IMG/VR virus record: IMGVR_UViG_3300025280_000026
Span: 19,588-83,587 of that record
DNA length: 64,000 bases
Source: a virus
Strand: one strand, 5' to 3'
In this document: piece after piece, positions 20,262 through 29,967 of the stretch
How the letters are laid out: each line of letters starts with the position of its first letter
Numbering within the stretch: position 1 is the stretch's first letter
Made by a program: the position numbers and the translations under genes
The notes under the pieces: generated by a model
Told to the model about the DNA's origin: nothing
Databases searched by the model: none
What the model saw: only the letters and a program-made list of their open reading frames with translations

Positions 20262-20445
20262 TGAGTATATTGAATCTGTTTATGAACAATTTTTCTTGCT
20301 TAAATACCACGGTGGTTGGAGCTTTATAGAAGCATATAATCTTCCCATACCTCTAAGAACATGGTTTATTAATCGTTTGGCAAAACAATTCGAAACAGAA
20401 ACAGAGGAAATGGAAAAAGCTTATAAAAAAGCAAAAAAATCTTAA
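20224..20445 (+). CDS. Tail chaperone second ORF, a probable frameshift extension of the upstream gene
   Basis: Overlaps the upstream ORF across a T7 run; FFLLKYHGGWSFIEAYNLPIPLRTWF. Confidence 0.65.
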   Translation: MCPCRPTFFGLGDEYIESVYEQFFLLKYHGGWSFIEAYNLPIPLRTWFINRLAKQFETETEEMEKAYKKAKKS

Positions 20446-20449
20446 TAGT

Positions 20450-20482
20450 AAGCCGGCTCTCATGCCGGCTTTTATTTTTTTT
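20450..20482 (+). terminator. Rho-independent terminator
   Basis: AAGCCGGC-TCTCAT-GCCGGCTT followed by a T-rich tail. Confidence 0.85.
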
Positions 20483-20519
20483 AATTAACTACTTATTTAT
20501 ATGATATGAGGACTAGCGT

Positions 20520-20855
20520 ATGAAAAACGACATAATCGAAATTAATTTAGATATCAAGACCGTTGAAAAACTAGAAGAAGGAGTTATGCACGTTGCTCCC
20601 GCCGCACTCGGAGACGCTGTTAAAATAGCTTTATGGGATATGTTTGGATATCAGGCGGCACCTTCAATTGATTTGAAAGGAACACCACAACAAATTAGTG
20701 CTTTTGTTACTGCTCTAAGCGGGGAAAAGAAGTACTTAGATTCTGTCATGCGAAATGGTCTTGATAGTCCTTCAACATACAAGAGTAAATTTTCGTTGGA
20801 AAATGCTATTGGTAATTTTGAGAGAGAAACTGGCTTAGAATGGCCAATTAAGTAA
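20520..20855 (+). CDS. Hypothetical late protein
   Basis: Preceded by ACTACTTA at 20488; lies upstream of the tape measure gene. Confidence 0.65.
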   Translation: MKNDIIEINLDIKTVEKLEEGVMHVAPAALGDAVKIALWDMFGYQAAPSIDLKGTPQQISAFVTALSGEKKYLDSVMRNGLDSPSTYKSKFSLENAIGNFERETGLEWPIK

Positions 20856-20868
20856 TCGGGGCTTTTAA

Positions 20869-23478
20869 ATGGATGAAGATCTGAAAAATTTATTAAGGGA
20901 TTTGATCTCTAAACTGAATCAAACCCCTCCAACCACAACGGGCCCCCCACCGGGTCAACCACCCGGAACGGGCCCGGTTGGTGGTTACGCCGGCGGCGCC
21001 GGTGCTAACATACCCACTCCACAGGATGCTGCAACCATACAACAAATTGGTGAAATGGAGGCTCGACGCAAAAATTATTCAGATGGAATTGCCAGAAGCT
21101 TGGAACAACAGCGCAGCATCGCAAAAAACATTGAAAGTATAATACAGAGAACCCTCAAAATAAAAAGAGAGGAAGAAGCCGCAGCTAGAAATTTATATAA
21201 TGAGCAGCAAAAAGTGGTTCGGGTATTAGAAGAGGATTTGTCATTATCCAAACAGAATTCTTCTGTGACTCAATCGGAAATACAAGCAAAGCAACAAATC
21301 TTATCTCAGCACAAAGGGGAACTACAAGATCTTAAAACAAAACTTGAGTTGAGTGAACGTAGCGCTCAATTAGCTCAGCAAGAAGCCTCTCTTATAGCAC
21401 AGGTTGAGGCTAGAACCCAATCTCTTGTTTCCACGTTATCACAAGGTATTTTAACAGCCAATGCTGCTAGCAAAACTGGCATGTTCGGTGCATTATTCGG
21501 TTCTGGGTCTGGAGCCGGCTTCTTTGAAAAGCTTAAGACTTCTGGAAAAGCTATAGGCCAAATCGCTTCCCCTTTGAACGCTTCTTTAAGCGTGGTTGGG
21601 TACCTTACCGATGCATTTAAAAAATTATTTTGGGCGACAGACGAAACCGCTGCTAAATTTAGAAGAGCTACAGGCGCCGGCCAAGAATATACCAAGGTCT
21701 TAACTCAAACAATACAAAGAAACACGCGCTTTGGAATCATAACCGAAGAGGCCGGCAGGGCCATGACAGCGCTTCATACTCAAATGAGAAGTTTTTCCGG
21801 CGCCACTGACAGCGCCCAAAGGTCGGTTATAGACTTAACATTGCGAATGACTCGCTTGGGTGTTTCTGAACAAACTACAGCCCGAATGACAGATATGCTT
21901 ACCAAAGCTATGGGGATGAATATAAATCAAGCCATCGCTGCCCAAGACAAAATAGCTGTATACGCTCGGCAGATTAAAGTGAGCGAACAAGAAGCTGCCC
22001 AGGCATTTTTGCAATTCTCAGGTGCTTTGGCAGCCCATGGCCCGAATATGATTAATGTTTTTAAAGGCTTGATTTCGCAAGTTAAACAAACAGGGGTTGA
22101 AATGAGTTCCCTTGTTAATATCGCCAACCAATTTGATACATTTGAATCTGCAGCTGCTTCAGTAGGTAAATTAAATGCATTACTGGGCGGTAGTCACCTG
22201 AATTCTCTTCGAATGGTGAATGCAACGGAATCAGAGAGAATAAGATTAGTTGCAGAAGCTGTCCGAGCGTCCGGAGCTAATATTAATGCCCTTGGTCGTT
22301 TTACACAAAAAGCACTTGCTCAAGCCATCGGCGCCAAAGACTCTGCAGAAGCAATGAAGATCCTTCGCGGACAATTAAATATGTTAACTCCTGCAGAATT
22401 ACAAGCTGCAGAAGCGATGGAAGCGAATAAACGAAAAGCAGAAGAAAACATGTCGATTCAAATGAAGTTAAAGACAATTTTGTTGTCCTTGGCCAATTCT
22501 CTAATGCCACTTATCGAAAAATTGCATGAAAATAGAGATGCAATTGTTGATGTTATTACCAGGGTCGCAGCCTTTATGCAGAAAAACGGCGCTTTAATAG
22601 CTCAGTTCGCTATTCTTTTTCCTGTAATACGAACTGGAGTTTCTCTTGTTGGAGGCCTCTCTACAGCTTTTAGAGCCATGGGTGTAAGCGCCGGCGCCGC
22701 AAGATTGGGTATACTGGGCCTCGGCGCCGGCGTACTTTATTTTGCAACACAGTTGTTGAAACCTATGTTCTCACCATCCGCGATCCGCGCCACTCCAGAA
22801 TTCGCTGATGATATAAAAAAGCTTGGTGACAAAGCTTTGCTTGCACAAAGTCCAATGCGCGACCTGGGCGTGGAAACAGGTAAACTGGCAAGAAATTTAT
22901 CTATAGGCGCCCAGGCCACAGCTCAGTTGGGTAGTGCTTATGAAGTTGTTGGAAAGCATTCTTCCAAAGCCGCCAGTGGGGTACGAGCCGTATCCTCTGC
23001 CGGCCGAAACGCCAGCAAGGATATGCAAAAAGCTGCTAATAGCACTGCGCAATTGGCTTTCGGCGTCCAGTCAATACAAAAAAATGTTGATAAGTTGAAC
23101 ACTGCTAAATTGGCTGATTTCGGTCAAAAAATAAACCTTGTGACTGAAAATCTAAATTTGACGGATGCTCAAAATGAAAACATTCAAAAAACAGTGACAA
23201 ATATTAATAGGGTAGCAATGGTGGGCCAACAAGCCACCGAGCATGCCTCTGCAGCCGGCGTAGAACGCCTTGCCGTGGCTGTTAATAAATTTAATTTAAC
23301 GCAAGTAACTCAAACGACACAAACCGCTGCAGCAGCTTCTGCCGGTGGTCAAAGGAACGTCATCATCGAGACGCCCCGGGATGTAATCGTAGACTTAGAC
23401 GGGATTACTGTCGGTCGTGCAGCGCTGCAATTTATAGACAAAGAAAGAAGTTCAAGAACCTTGGTCGGTCGGTCATAG
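20869..23478 (+). CDS. Tape measure protein
   Basis: 869-aa Ala/Gln-rich helical protein with hydrophobic segments, after the tube and chaperone genes. Confidence 0.85.
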   Translation: MDEDLKNLLRDLISKLNQTPPTTTGPPPGQPPGTGPVGGYAGGAGANIPTPQDAATIQQIGEMEARRKNYSDGIARSLEQQRSIAKNIESIIQRTLKIKREEEAAARNLYNEQQKVVRVLEEDLSLSKQNSSVTQSEIQAKQQILSQHKGELQDLKTKLELSERSAQLAQQEASLIAQVEARTQSLVSTLSQGILTANAASKTGMFGALFGSGSGAGFFEKLKTSGKAIGQIASPLNASLSVVGYLTDAFKKLFWATDETAAKFRRATGAGQEYTKVLTQTIQRNTRFGIITEEAGRAMTALHTQMRSFSGATDSAQRSVIDLTLRMTRLGVSEQTTARMTDMLTKAMGMNINQAIAAQDKIAVYARQIKVSEQEAAQAFLQFSGALAAHGPNMINVFKGLISQVKQTGVEMSSLVNIANQFDTFESAAASVGKLNALLGGSHLNSLRMVNATESERIRLVAEAVRASGANINALGRFTQKALAQAIGAKDSAEAMKILRGQLNMLTPAELQAAEAMEANKRKAEENMSIQMKLKTILLSLANSLMPLIEKLHENRDAIVDVITRVAAFMQKNGALIAQFAILFPVIRTGVSLVGGLSTAFRAMGVSAGAARLGILGLGAGVLYFATQLLKPMFSPSAIRATPEFADDIKKLGDKALLAQSPMRDLGVETGKLARNLSIGAQATAQLGSAYEVVGKHSSKAASGVRAVSSAGRNASKDMQKAANSTAQLAFGVQSIQKNVDKLNTAKLADFGQKINLVTENLNLTDAQNENIQKTVTNINRVAMVGQQATEHASAAGVERLAVAVNKFNLTQVTQTTQTAAAASAGGQRNVIIETPRDVIVDLDGITVGRAALQFIDKERSSRTLVGRS

Positions 23479-23491
23479 GAGGTAATTAATA

Positions 23492-24247
23492 ATGGCAGTA
23501 TGGAGTAGTTCGGATGTTAATGACACAAAAAGTTTTGAAGACATAATTTTCACTTATGCTTCCATTAAAGGGGGTCAACATCATTATAGGGTTAAATTTA
23601 GTGCCTTTGTTACTGGCTTTTCAGATAATTTTACTCAGGCTTGGTCGACAACTAGCGTTTATGGTAAACAAGACTCTATTGAAACTTATCAAGGCACTCG
23701 CCGCATGATAGATTTATCATGGGATGTGCCTTCCAACGGCCCAAAACAAGGTTGGGGGAATATGGTGAAACTCGAAACTTTGATTAAAATGCTATATCCA
23801 ATGTACGATGTTCAAAGTACAAGAATAAACGCTGCTACAATTAACAAACCTCCTCTTTTGAGGCTTAAATTCGCTAATTTAATTAAAAACCACAAAGGCG
23901 AAGGCCTGTTAGGACATGTTAATGGTTTTACTTTTAACCCGAGCATGGAACATGGCATGTATAATACAAATAATACCCGGCAAAAAGCCATAGGAATCCC
24001 CAATTTCGGACTGATCCCAAAAGTTTATAGTATGAGATGTCAATTTACTGTCCTTCACGAGCAGGATTTAGGATTCAAAAGCAGCGACAATAGATTTTTC
24101 AACTCAATTGGTGACGGTGAGTCGGGCTTCCCCTATGGTTTTACAGGCAAGCGGGCCGAAGTAGTTGCGGTTAACAAAGGCACAACGGTCAGCCCCCCAT
24201 CAACCGGTGTGACCACGGGCCAAGAGAAAAAAATAACAGGAGGATAA
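23492..24247 (+). CDS. Baseplate/tail tube initiator protein
   Basis: FSDNF...W....YGK.D.I.TYQGT.R and PPLLRLKF motifs; follows the tape measure gene. Confidence 0.65.
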   Translation: MAVWSSSDVNDTKSFEDIIFTYASIKGGQHHYRVKFSAFVTGFSDNFTQAWSTTSVYGKQDSIETYQGTRRMIDLSWDVPSNGPKQGWGNMVKLETLIKMLYPMYDVQSTRINAATINKPPLLRLKFANLIKNHKGEGLLGHVNGFTFNPSMEHGMYNTNNTRQKAIGIPNFGLIPKVYSMRCQFTVLHEQDLGFKSSDNRFFNSIGDGESGFPYGFTGKRAEVVAVNKGTTVSPPSTGVTTGQEKKITGG

Positions 24248-24251
24248 TAAT

Positions 24252-24596
24252 ATGGCTTTCGTCAAAAGAAATTCAAATAGAAACGTTATATTCAACAAAA
24301 AAAGAGTCTATAAATCTTTTTTTGATAAAAGATATATTGATAGGATTGAACATTATGACACTCCTGTTTTATACTATCCAGAGCAAGAAGAAATAAATGA
24401 GTTTGAAATTGTGAATGTGATTTGGAAAGTGGGCGATAGGTTTTCAAAACTGGCTCACGAACATTATGGAAATTCAAGATTGTGGTGGGTAATCGCGTGG
24501 TATAATAAGAAACCAACGGATTCTGATGTAGAACATGGAGATATGATTGAAATACCATTCCCACTTCAGGCTGTGATGTCTTCTTATGGTTACTAA
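24252..24596 (+). CDS. LysM-like baseplate wedge protein (gp53/tail X-like)
   Basis: GDRFSKLAHEHYGNSRLWWVIAWYN...GDMIEIP. Confidence 0.8.
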   Translation: MAFVKRNSNRNVIFNKKRVYKSFFDKRYIDRIEHYDTPVLYYPEQEEINEFEIVNVIWKVGDRFSKLAHEHYGNSRLWWVIAWYNKKPTDSDVEHGDMIEIPFPLQAVMSSYGY

Positions 24597-24615
24597 TTAA
24601 AAAGGATAGGATAAA

Positions 24616-27600
24616 GTGGCGAATGTAGTTAAATTAACTGGCGTATTTGGTAACCTCAGAGATCTGTTGAAGAATGAGAAAGTGTGTAACGGCAAAATCA
24701 AGGGTCTGACTGACGATCAGGTCGATGATGCTGAGCACATTGCTCATCTTCTCGCCATCCAAACCCTCGGCGATCGAGTTGGGTTCTACTTCAATCTCTT
24801 ACGTTTGCCGCTGATGCCTACTGGCGCCAACAAACATATTATCCCAGGTTTAAAACCCGGCACGGACAAAGAACCCGCCGCCATCACGCCGGAACAGCTT
24901 TTAAGTTTTGGTGTTGCTCTAAAAACTGATTCATCTGCTGATCCTGCAAACTACAAGGCGACAATTGAAAATTTAGCAAAACAACTTATTGGTGGTAGTA
25001 ACCATGTTCTAAACAAAGCATTTCTGCACCAACTTATTACTAATAAAAGTACAGGCACCGACGCCAAAAGCAATAAAATTGGTTCCGTAATAAAGGAGAT
25101 AGATAAGCTTATCGCCCTCGGTGCCAACACTCTTCGCGCGCGCCAGAAAGACGCCGGCTCCGCTCTTGGTTTCGTCGATCTTCGAGCCTTCATCGGCGGT
25201 AAACTTCCAGTAGGCTTGGGTTTAAACCCAAAATTTACAAGCAACTTGGTAAAATTTTTAGATGCCCGCTTTGCGTTAACATTAAATGAAATCAAGTCTC
25301 CCATCGATAAAACAATATTTGAAAGACTTTTATTCGAGACTTTAGCAAAATGCGGCGAAACGAACGAGGCTTCCGGCATTCTAAAATATTTAATGGATCC
25401 TGGCACAAACGTCGCTCCACCAACGCCCTTCGTCACCGGCGACAAGATCGACCTCCCCGACGACAATACAGCAGGAACAAGACCTGTTGGTTTTTATCTC
25501 GGCACCCAAGGCGGCCAAAACGCGCTCGGTTTCACTTCTGATAGCGTAGCTAAACTTACAAAAGCATTTTTAGTTAGTATCAAGGACCAGAGAATAGTAA
25601 TCAACGACAGCACCGTCTCAAGCACCGGCAGACTTAGTTCATATTACGCAGTTTTCATAGACAAATTCGACCCCATATGTCGCGAGTTCGTCGACCCAAC
25701 AAACGATTCAGCCACCAACGTAGCCGAGCAGATCGGCAACCCTCTAGAATTAAAAAGAAGGCGCCTACAAAATATTAGATGTGTTTTACCTTTATTCGAG
25801 CACCTTTATTCAAGTCCGAATGCGCAAACTTTAAGGGATCCCGGCCTCGTTGGGGTATATTCAAAACATTATACACACACGCTGGGATCACAAAAAACCA
25901 CCTCAACAAAACTTCCTAGAAAGTTTTTTGCAAGTACTCAACATCCTTTAGTTTTTGCACATACGAAAAATGTTGATTTTTTTATTAATAAATTGTTTAA
26001 CTACGACACAACTGGTAAAAAAGTAAAAACTTTTTTGGAAACTACAAACACTGATATTTCTTTTCTTCAACCTAGAATCCGCATCTACAAAGTATTATAT
26101 GATGATGAAAGAAATGAGATAGAGATACCGATTGAGTTTTCAAATAAGATAGAAATCGTCAAGCCTTCTGGTGTTTATGAAAGGGAAAATGCTGGGATCA
26201 AACGAATTCGTATAAATAGACTAGGACAAACCCCCGCAACTTTTGATAAGTGGATTTCGGTCGATGCTAGTTTCATATTTGATAGCGTTAATGCCTTCAC
26301 AAAATGTCGTAAATCAAATAAAGAATATTCTTATGTTGATTTATTGAGGAGACCCATTAAATATACTCGAAATTCTCCGGACCAAATAAAAACGTACCTC
26401 AAACAAGCAAAAGAAGTATCAACCAAAGATGATATAAAGAAATTTGCTGAATACATGAATTCAGTTAGTTTAGATGTATACAATCCAGAATATTTTGAAA
26501 TAAAACTTGAAGTTGGCTGGTCTTTTAACGAACAAGTTTTCGTGAATTCAAGAGACCGCGGTGACCTCCGTCGCGATTTAAAGGATTTTTTGAACAGAAC
26601 AAATTTAGTTTTGTATTTATATTTGACAACACATAACTTTACATTTCGCAACGATGGCACCATCTCCTTGGATATTAAATATATGGGCCGCGCAGCTGCG
26701 CAGCTAATGGATTCATTTGATACTAATGTATTCCACACGCCAAATTTGAAGTATTATAGAAGATCTTCCCAAGCTCTGTCTGAGTTGCTTGACATATCAT
26801 CTGGTCTAAAAACTAGTGATGGTGGACTTGAACCCGAAGATCAGAAAAAGCTTCGTCAAATGAAAAATCGATTGACTGCCAAATTGAGTCAAGAGAGATC
26901 TGAATTAACCAGTCAATTGTGGAAACGCTTGGTCGACCAAGAAAAAACATTGCTTCAACCGGCAGAGGTAGAAGGGAAAGATAAACCCACACATATGTTG
27001 AAACTAACAATGCCAGAACACTTTGCCTTTTTTGATGCGAACGCATTGAAAGAGGAATTCCAAATTAATCTGCCCGGATCCCAGGAGAAGGAATTCGAAA
27101 ACAAATCCGAAGAAGTTGTTTTAGATCCAGCTTTAATTATGGCTCATTACCGTGCTAAGTTGAAAGGTTCGAATGCCAAGCCAGGGGATATAATGCAACT
27201 AAGCGTTGTTAAGAAAAACGGACATTTTCAAGGCGAAGAGGGAGTTCCCCAAACCGCCGATGAAGCGTCGAGGGCATACGAAGAAGGCGATATTTTGAGG
27301 CCTGAAGACTTTGATGCACAGCAACGCGACTCCGATAAGGAGATGGAAGCACTGCCTTTCCAAAAAACATATATGAATAGGAAGGAAAAACAGAAGAAAA
27401 TAGATGTGTATTGTATGAGATACGGATCCGTGATACACACTGCAGTGCAAAACATATGGCAATTTAATCCAGAGGGGTTGAGGGACATAGTTATAATGTT
27501 GAGCGGCACCAAATTTCGGTCTGTGGTCGCAGGCGGAGGCGCCAGATACATGAACTTTGCCGATGTTCCCATTTTGTTTGAAGACTGGAAACGCTTTATA

Positions 27601-28416
27601 TTGGATAAAACCGTTAACAAGAAAAAGGTTAATTATGCTTTAATTGATTTTATAAGAGATTCGATGATGGAACTTTTAATTCCGGCAATGGGCGCGATGC
27701 AAACTGGATGCAAAGATGGATCTCAAATTGTGTCGCCTCTGAGGGGCGTGCGGCCGAAGCTGACTACTTTTTCAGCCCGTCGCCCAAAAGCGTTACAGAC
27801 TACGAACGGACGCATTGCTGTTAATTTAGATGTCCCCGGTAGCCACCTTAAAGTCGGGCAAGACTTGTTAAACAACAAAGATATCTTGTCCGACACTAAA
27901 GGAGACTTAAAACACTTCTTGGTTATATATGATTCTGGTTTTTCTTACGATGCTGAATTCGAGAAGAAAACTTCGAGGCCTAAATTATATGATGAAAACT
28001 TAAAACACAATATTCCACATTTTTTCATTGGTGCGAACAAGGGAATTCTAAGAACCATATCATTCCAGAAATCAAGTGTACCATTTCTCCAAGAGGCGAA
28101 AGTTCTGGACCGCGGCCATACTGATTTTGGACTCCTCCGCGAAAAATATGATTGCACTTTAGAAGTTGTAGGTGACGCCCAGTTCCATTGCGGTATGAGA
28201 TTTTATTTGGATCCAACTTTCACGGGTATGTCTTCTCAAAACATAGATGTAGTACAGGGTGTTCTCGGCCTGGGCGGTTATTATGATATTATAAACGTAA
28301 ATTCAGATATAAGCGACAACGGTTTTAAAACCACCTTGGTTGGTTCGTGGCAGGCTTTCCGCCCCGGGTATAATCCTGAAAGAGATCGCGTTGACCCTTG
28401 TAAAGAAATACCTTGA
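24616..28416 (+). CDS. Large baseplate hub-like tail protein, 1266 aa
   Basis: Gene position; the C-terminal GLGGYYDIINVNSDI...FKTTL is typical of hub proteins. Confidence 0.6.
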   Translation: MANVVKLTGVFGNLRDLLKNEKVCNGKIKGLTDDQVDDAEHIAHLLAIQTLGDRVGFYFNLLRLPLMPTGANKHIIPGLKPGTDKEPAAITPEQLLSFGVALKTDSSADPANYKATIENLAKQLIGGSNHVLNKAFLHQLITNKSTGTDAKSNKIGSVIKEIDKLIALGANTLRARQKDAGSALGFVDLRAFIGGKLPVGLGLNPKFTSNLVKFLDARFALTLNEIKSPIDKTIFERLLFETLAKCGETNEASGILKYLMDPGTNVAPPTPFVTGDKIDLPDDNTAGTRPVGFYLGTQGGQNALGFTSDSVAKLTKAFLVSIKDQRIVINDSTVSSTGRLSSYYAVFIDKFDPICREFVDPTNDSATNVAEQIGNPLELKRRRLQNIRCVLPLFEHLYSSPNAQTLRDPGLVGVYSKHYTHTLGSQKTTSTKLPRKFFASTQHPLVFAHTKNVDFFINKLFNYDTTGKKVKTFLETTNTDISFLQPRIRIYKVLYDDERNEIEIPIEFSNKIEIVKPSGVYERENAGIKRIRINRLGQTPATFDKWISVDASFIFDSVNAFTKCRKSNKEYSYVDLLRRPIKYTRNSPDQIKTYLKQAKEVSTKDDIKKFAEYMNSVSLDVYNPEYFEIKLEVGWSFNEQVFVNSRDRGDLRRDLKDFLNRTNLVLYLYLTTHNFTFRNDGTISLDIKYMGRAAAQLMDSFDTNVFHTPNLKYYRRSSQALSELLDISSGLKTSDGGLEPEDQKKLRQMKNRLTAKLSQERSELTSQLWKRLVDQEKTLLQPAEVEGKDKPTHMLKLTMPEHFAFFDANALKEEFQINLPGSQEKEFENKSEEVVLDPALIMAHYRAKLKGSNAKPGDIMQLSVVKKNGHFQGEEGVPQTADEASRAYEEGDILRPEDFDAQQRDSDKEMEALPFQKTYMNRKEKQKKIDVYCMRYGSVIHTAVQNIWQFNPEGLRDIVIMLSGTKFRSVVAGGGARYMNFADVPILFEDWKRFILDKTVNKKKVNYALIDFIRDSMMELLIPAMGAMQTGCKDGSQIVSPLRGVRPKLTTFSARRPKALQTTNGRIAVNLDVPGSHLKVGQDLLNNKDILSDTKGDLKHFLVIYDSGFSYDAEFEKKTSRPKLYDENLKHNIPHFFIGANKGILRTISFQKSSVPFLQEAKVLDRGHTDFGLLREKYDCTLEVVGDAQFHCGMRFYLDPTFTGMSSQNIDVVQGVLGLGGYYDIINVNSDISDNGFKTTLVGSWQAFRPGYNPERDRVDPCKEIP

Positions 28417-28443
28417 ATTTTGTTCACGAATGATAATTAGAGT

Positions 28444-29922
28444 ATGGCCTCATTAATAAACATTTTCGAAATAGCGGACTACGAAGATATTAAACAGTCT
28501 TTGCCAATCAACGGCGCATCTCCCGTGATCACTACAAATGTTATAGATTTCTCCCAGCCAGGAGCTAATTTATACGGCAAAGTTGATCGAAGAAATGAGG
28601 CAATAGTCCCAAAAGTATCAAACAATAATTTGCTCACTGTCGACGGTTCTCAGGCTCTAGGGATGATATCTGTCGAAGCCAACACCCAAGTTTTTGATTT
28701 TGTTGCAGATGCATACAACGATATGATTGATTATTTACAATCCGTTCGTTTCCGTGCTGGGGAATATTCTCCTGATTCATATGAAGACGAAGATGGAAAT
28801 ACTAGGCAAACTTTTCTAATGAACTTATCCCCGTCTGGAGGATATATTAACCCGAAAGCATTACATTCAGAACATTTAGATATTATATACGATCATTTTG
28901 TTAAAGTATATTTGGGTAAAAAAAGCAGACATAAACAGATAAACGATCACAAAGATTTTATAAAGATGTTCGTGAATTATGTTTTTAGTGATCTTTTTAC
29001 GAACATTGCTAGTATAAATTTATCTTCCCATATAAAAAAATCACTCATTCCAATTGAATGCACTGGTTTGGTTGTAAAGGTTGCCGCTCCCGTGGTTGAA
29101 GACCAAGTTAACAACAACCAATATTTTTGGAGGGATCCTAATTTCAGTTTGTATGTATCAACAGCTCACAAATTTGGCTTTTATGTTGACAAAGATCGTC
29201 CTTGGATGCTCGTCGCCAATTTGGGGTCTAGAATAATGGATAGTTATCTCCGAGCGAGAGGTTCTTTTTTGATTAAGGATACTTCAGAAAGTGGTAAAAC
29301 ACACCCCGGGGGTTTGGGGCATATACACGAATATGAAATCGATTCTCGTGGGGATGGTAGAACAATTTCAACTTCCGCCGGCCCTGATCACACACATACT
29401 ATTAAAAATTATTGTGTTAAATATGCTTTGAAAGAGTTACCGCATCCGCATGATTTACCAACACAAGATGTATTTACAAAATATTATGAAAGGGCCCAAT
29501 TAAACGAGCTTAAAGAATTAATAACTTTGCTCCATAGGATGTATTCAAGTTATATAAACCAAAACCCTCAGAACGTTGTCAACTTTTTTGAAGCCGGCAA
29601 ACTTGTAAAGAAAAGCACTTTCCGTAAAAATGTTTCAGAACAAGAATTCAGCCTGGCTCTATCTGAGAAAAATTGGATTAGATTTTATTTTGATTTAAAA
29701 ATCAACGAGGAAAAATTATTTCTCAAGAGAAGTAAATATTTAAAAATTCTCCGTAACGCACAAGAAAAAGTCCTCTCCAGTACTAAACAAGAAGCAGTAG
29801 AATACATTAACGAGGAAATTAACAAGCGTTTGTTTTATTTAGTTCAAGGTCCGAACGTTAATAAATATTATCATAACTTACCAGGGCCCAACACGCTAAA
29901 AAAACTAGCAGAATATTTCTAA
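28444..29922 (+). CDS. Hypothetical protein with a His-rich HxH segment
   Basis: 492-aa ORF containing GHIHEY...DHTHTI...PHPH. Confidence 0.65.
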   Translation: MASLINIFEIADYEDIKQSLPINGASPVITTNVIDFSQPGANLYGKVDRRNEAIVPKVSNNNLLTVDGSQALGMISVEANTQVFDFVADAYNDMIDYLQSVRFRAGEYSPDSYEDEDGNTRQTFLMNLSPSGGYINPKALHSEHLDIIYDHFVKVYLGKKSRHKQINDHKDFIKMFVNYVFSDLFTNIASINLSSHIKKSLIPIECTGLVVKVAAPVVEDQVNNNQYFWRDPNFSLYVSTAHKFGFYVDKDRPWMLVANLGSRIMDSYLRARGSFLIKDTSESGKTHPGGLGHIHEYEIDSRGDGRTISTSAGPDHTHTIKNYCVKYALKELPHPHDLPTQDVFTKYYERAQLNELKELITLLHRMYSSYINQNPQNVVNFFEAGKLVKKSTFRKNVSEQEFSLALSEKNWIRFYFDLKINEEKLFLKRSKYLKILRNAQEKVLSSTKQEAVEYINEEINKRLFYLVQGPNVNKYYHNLPGPNTLKKLAEYF

Positions 29923-29950
29923 TTGTCTTATTAAGCAGCGTGTTTATCTT
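29923..29950 (+). promoter_or_regulatory. Sigma70-like promoter for the mini-PolA/tubulin genes
   Basis: TTGTCT-N16-TATCTT. Confidence 0.5.
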
Positions 29951-29967
29951 ATTGAAAGAGGTTTGTT

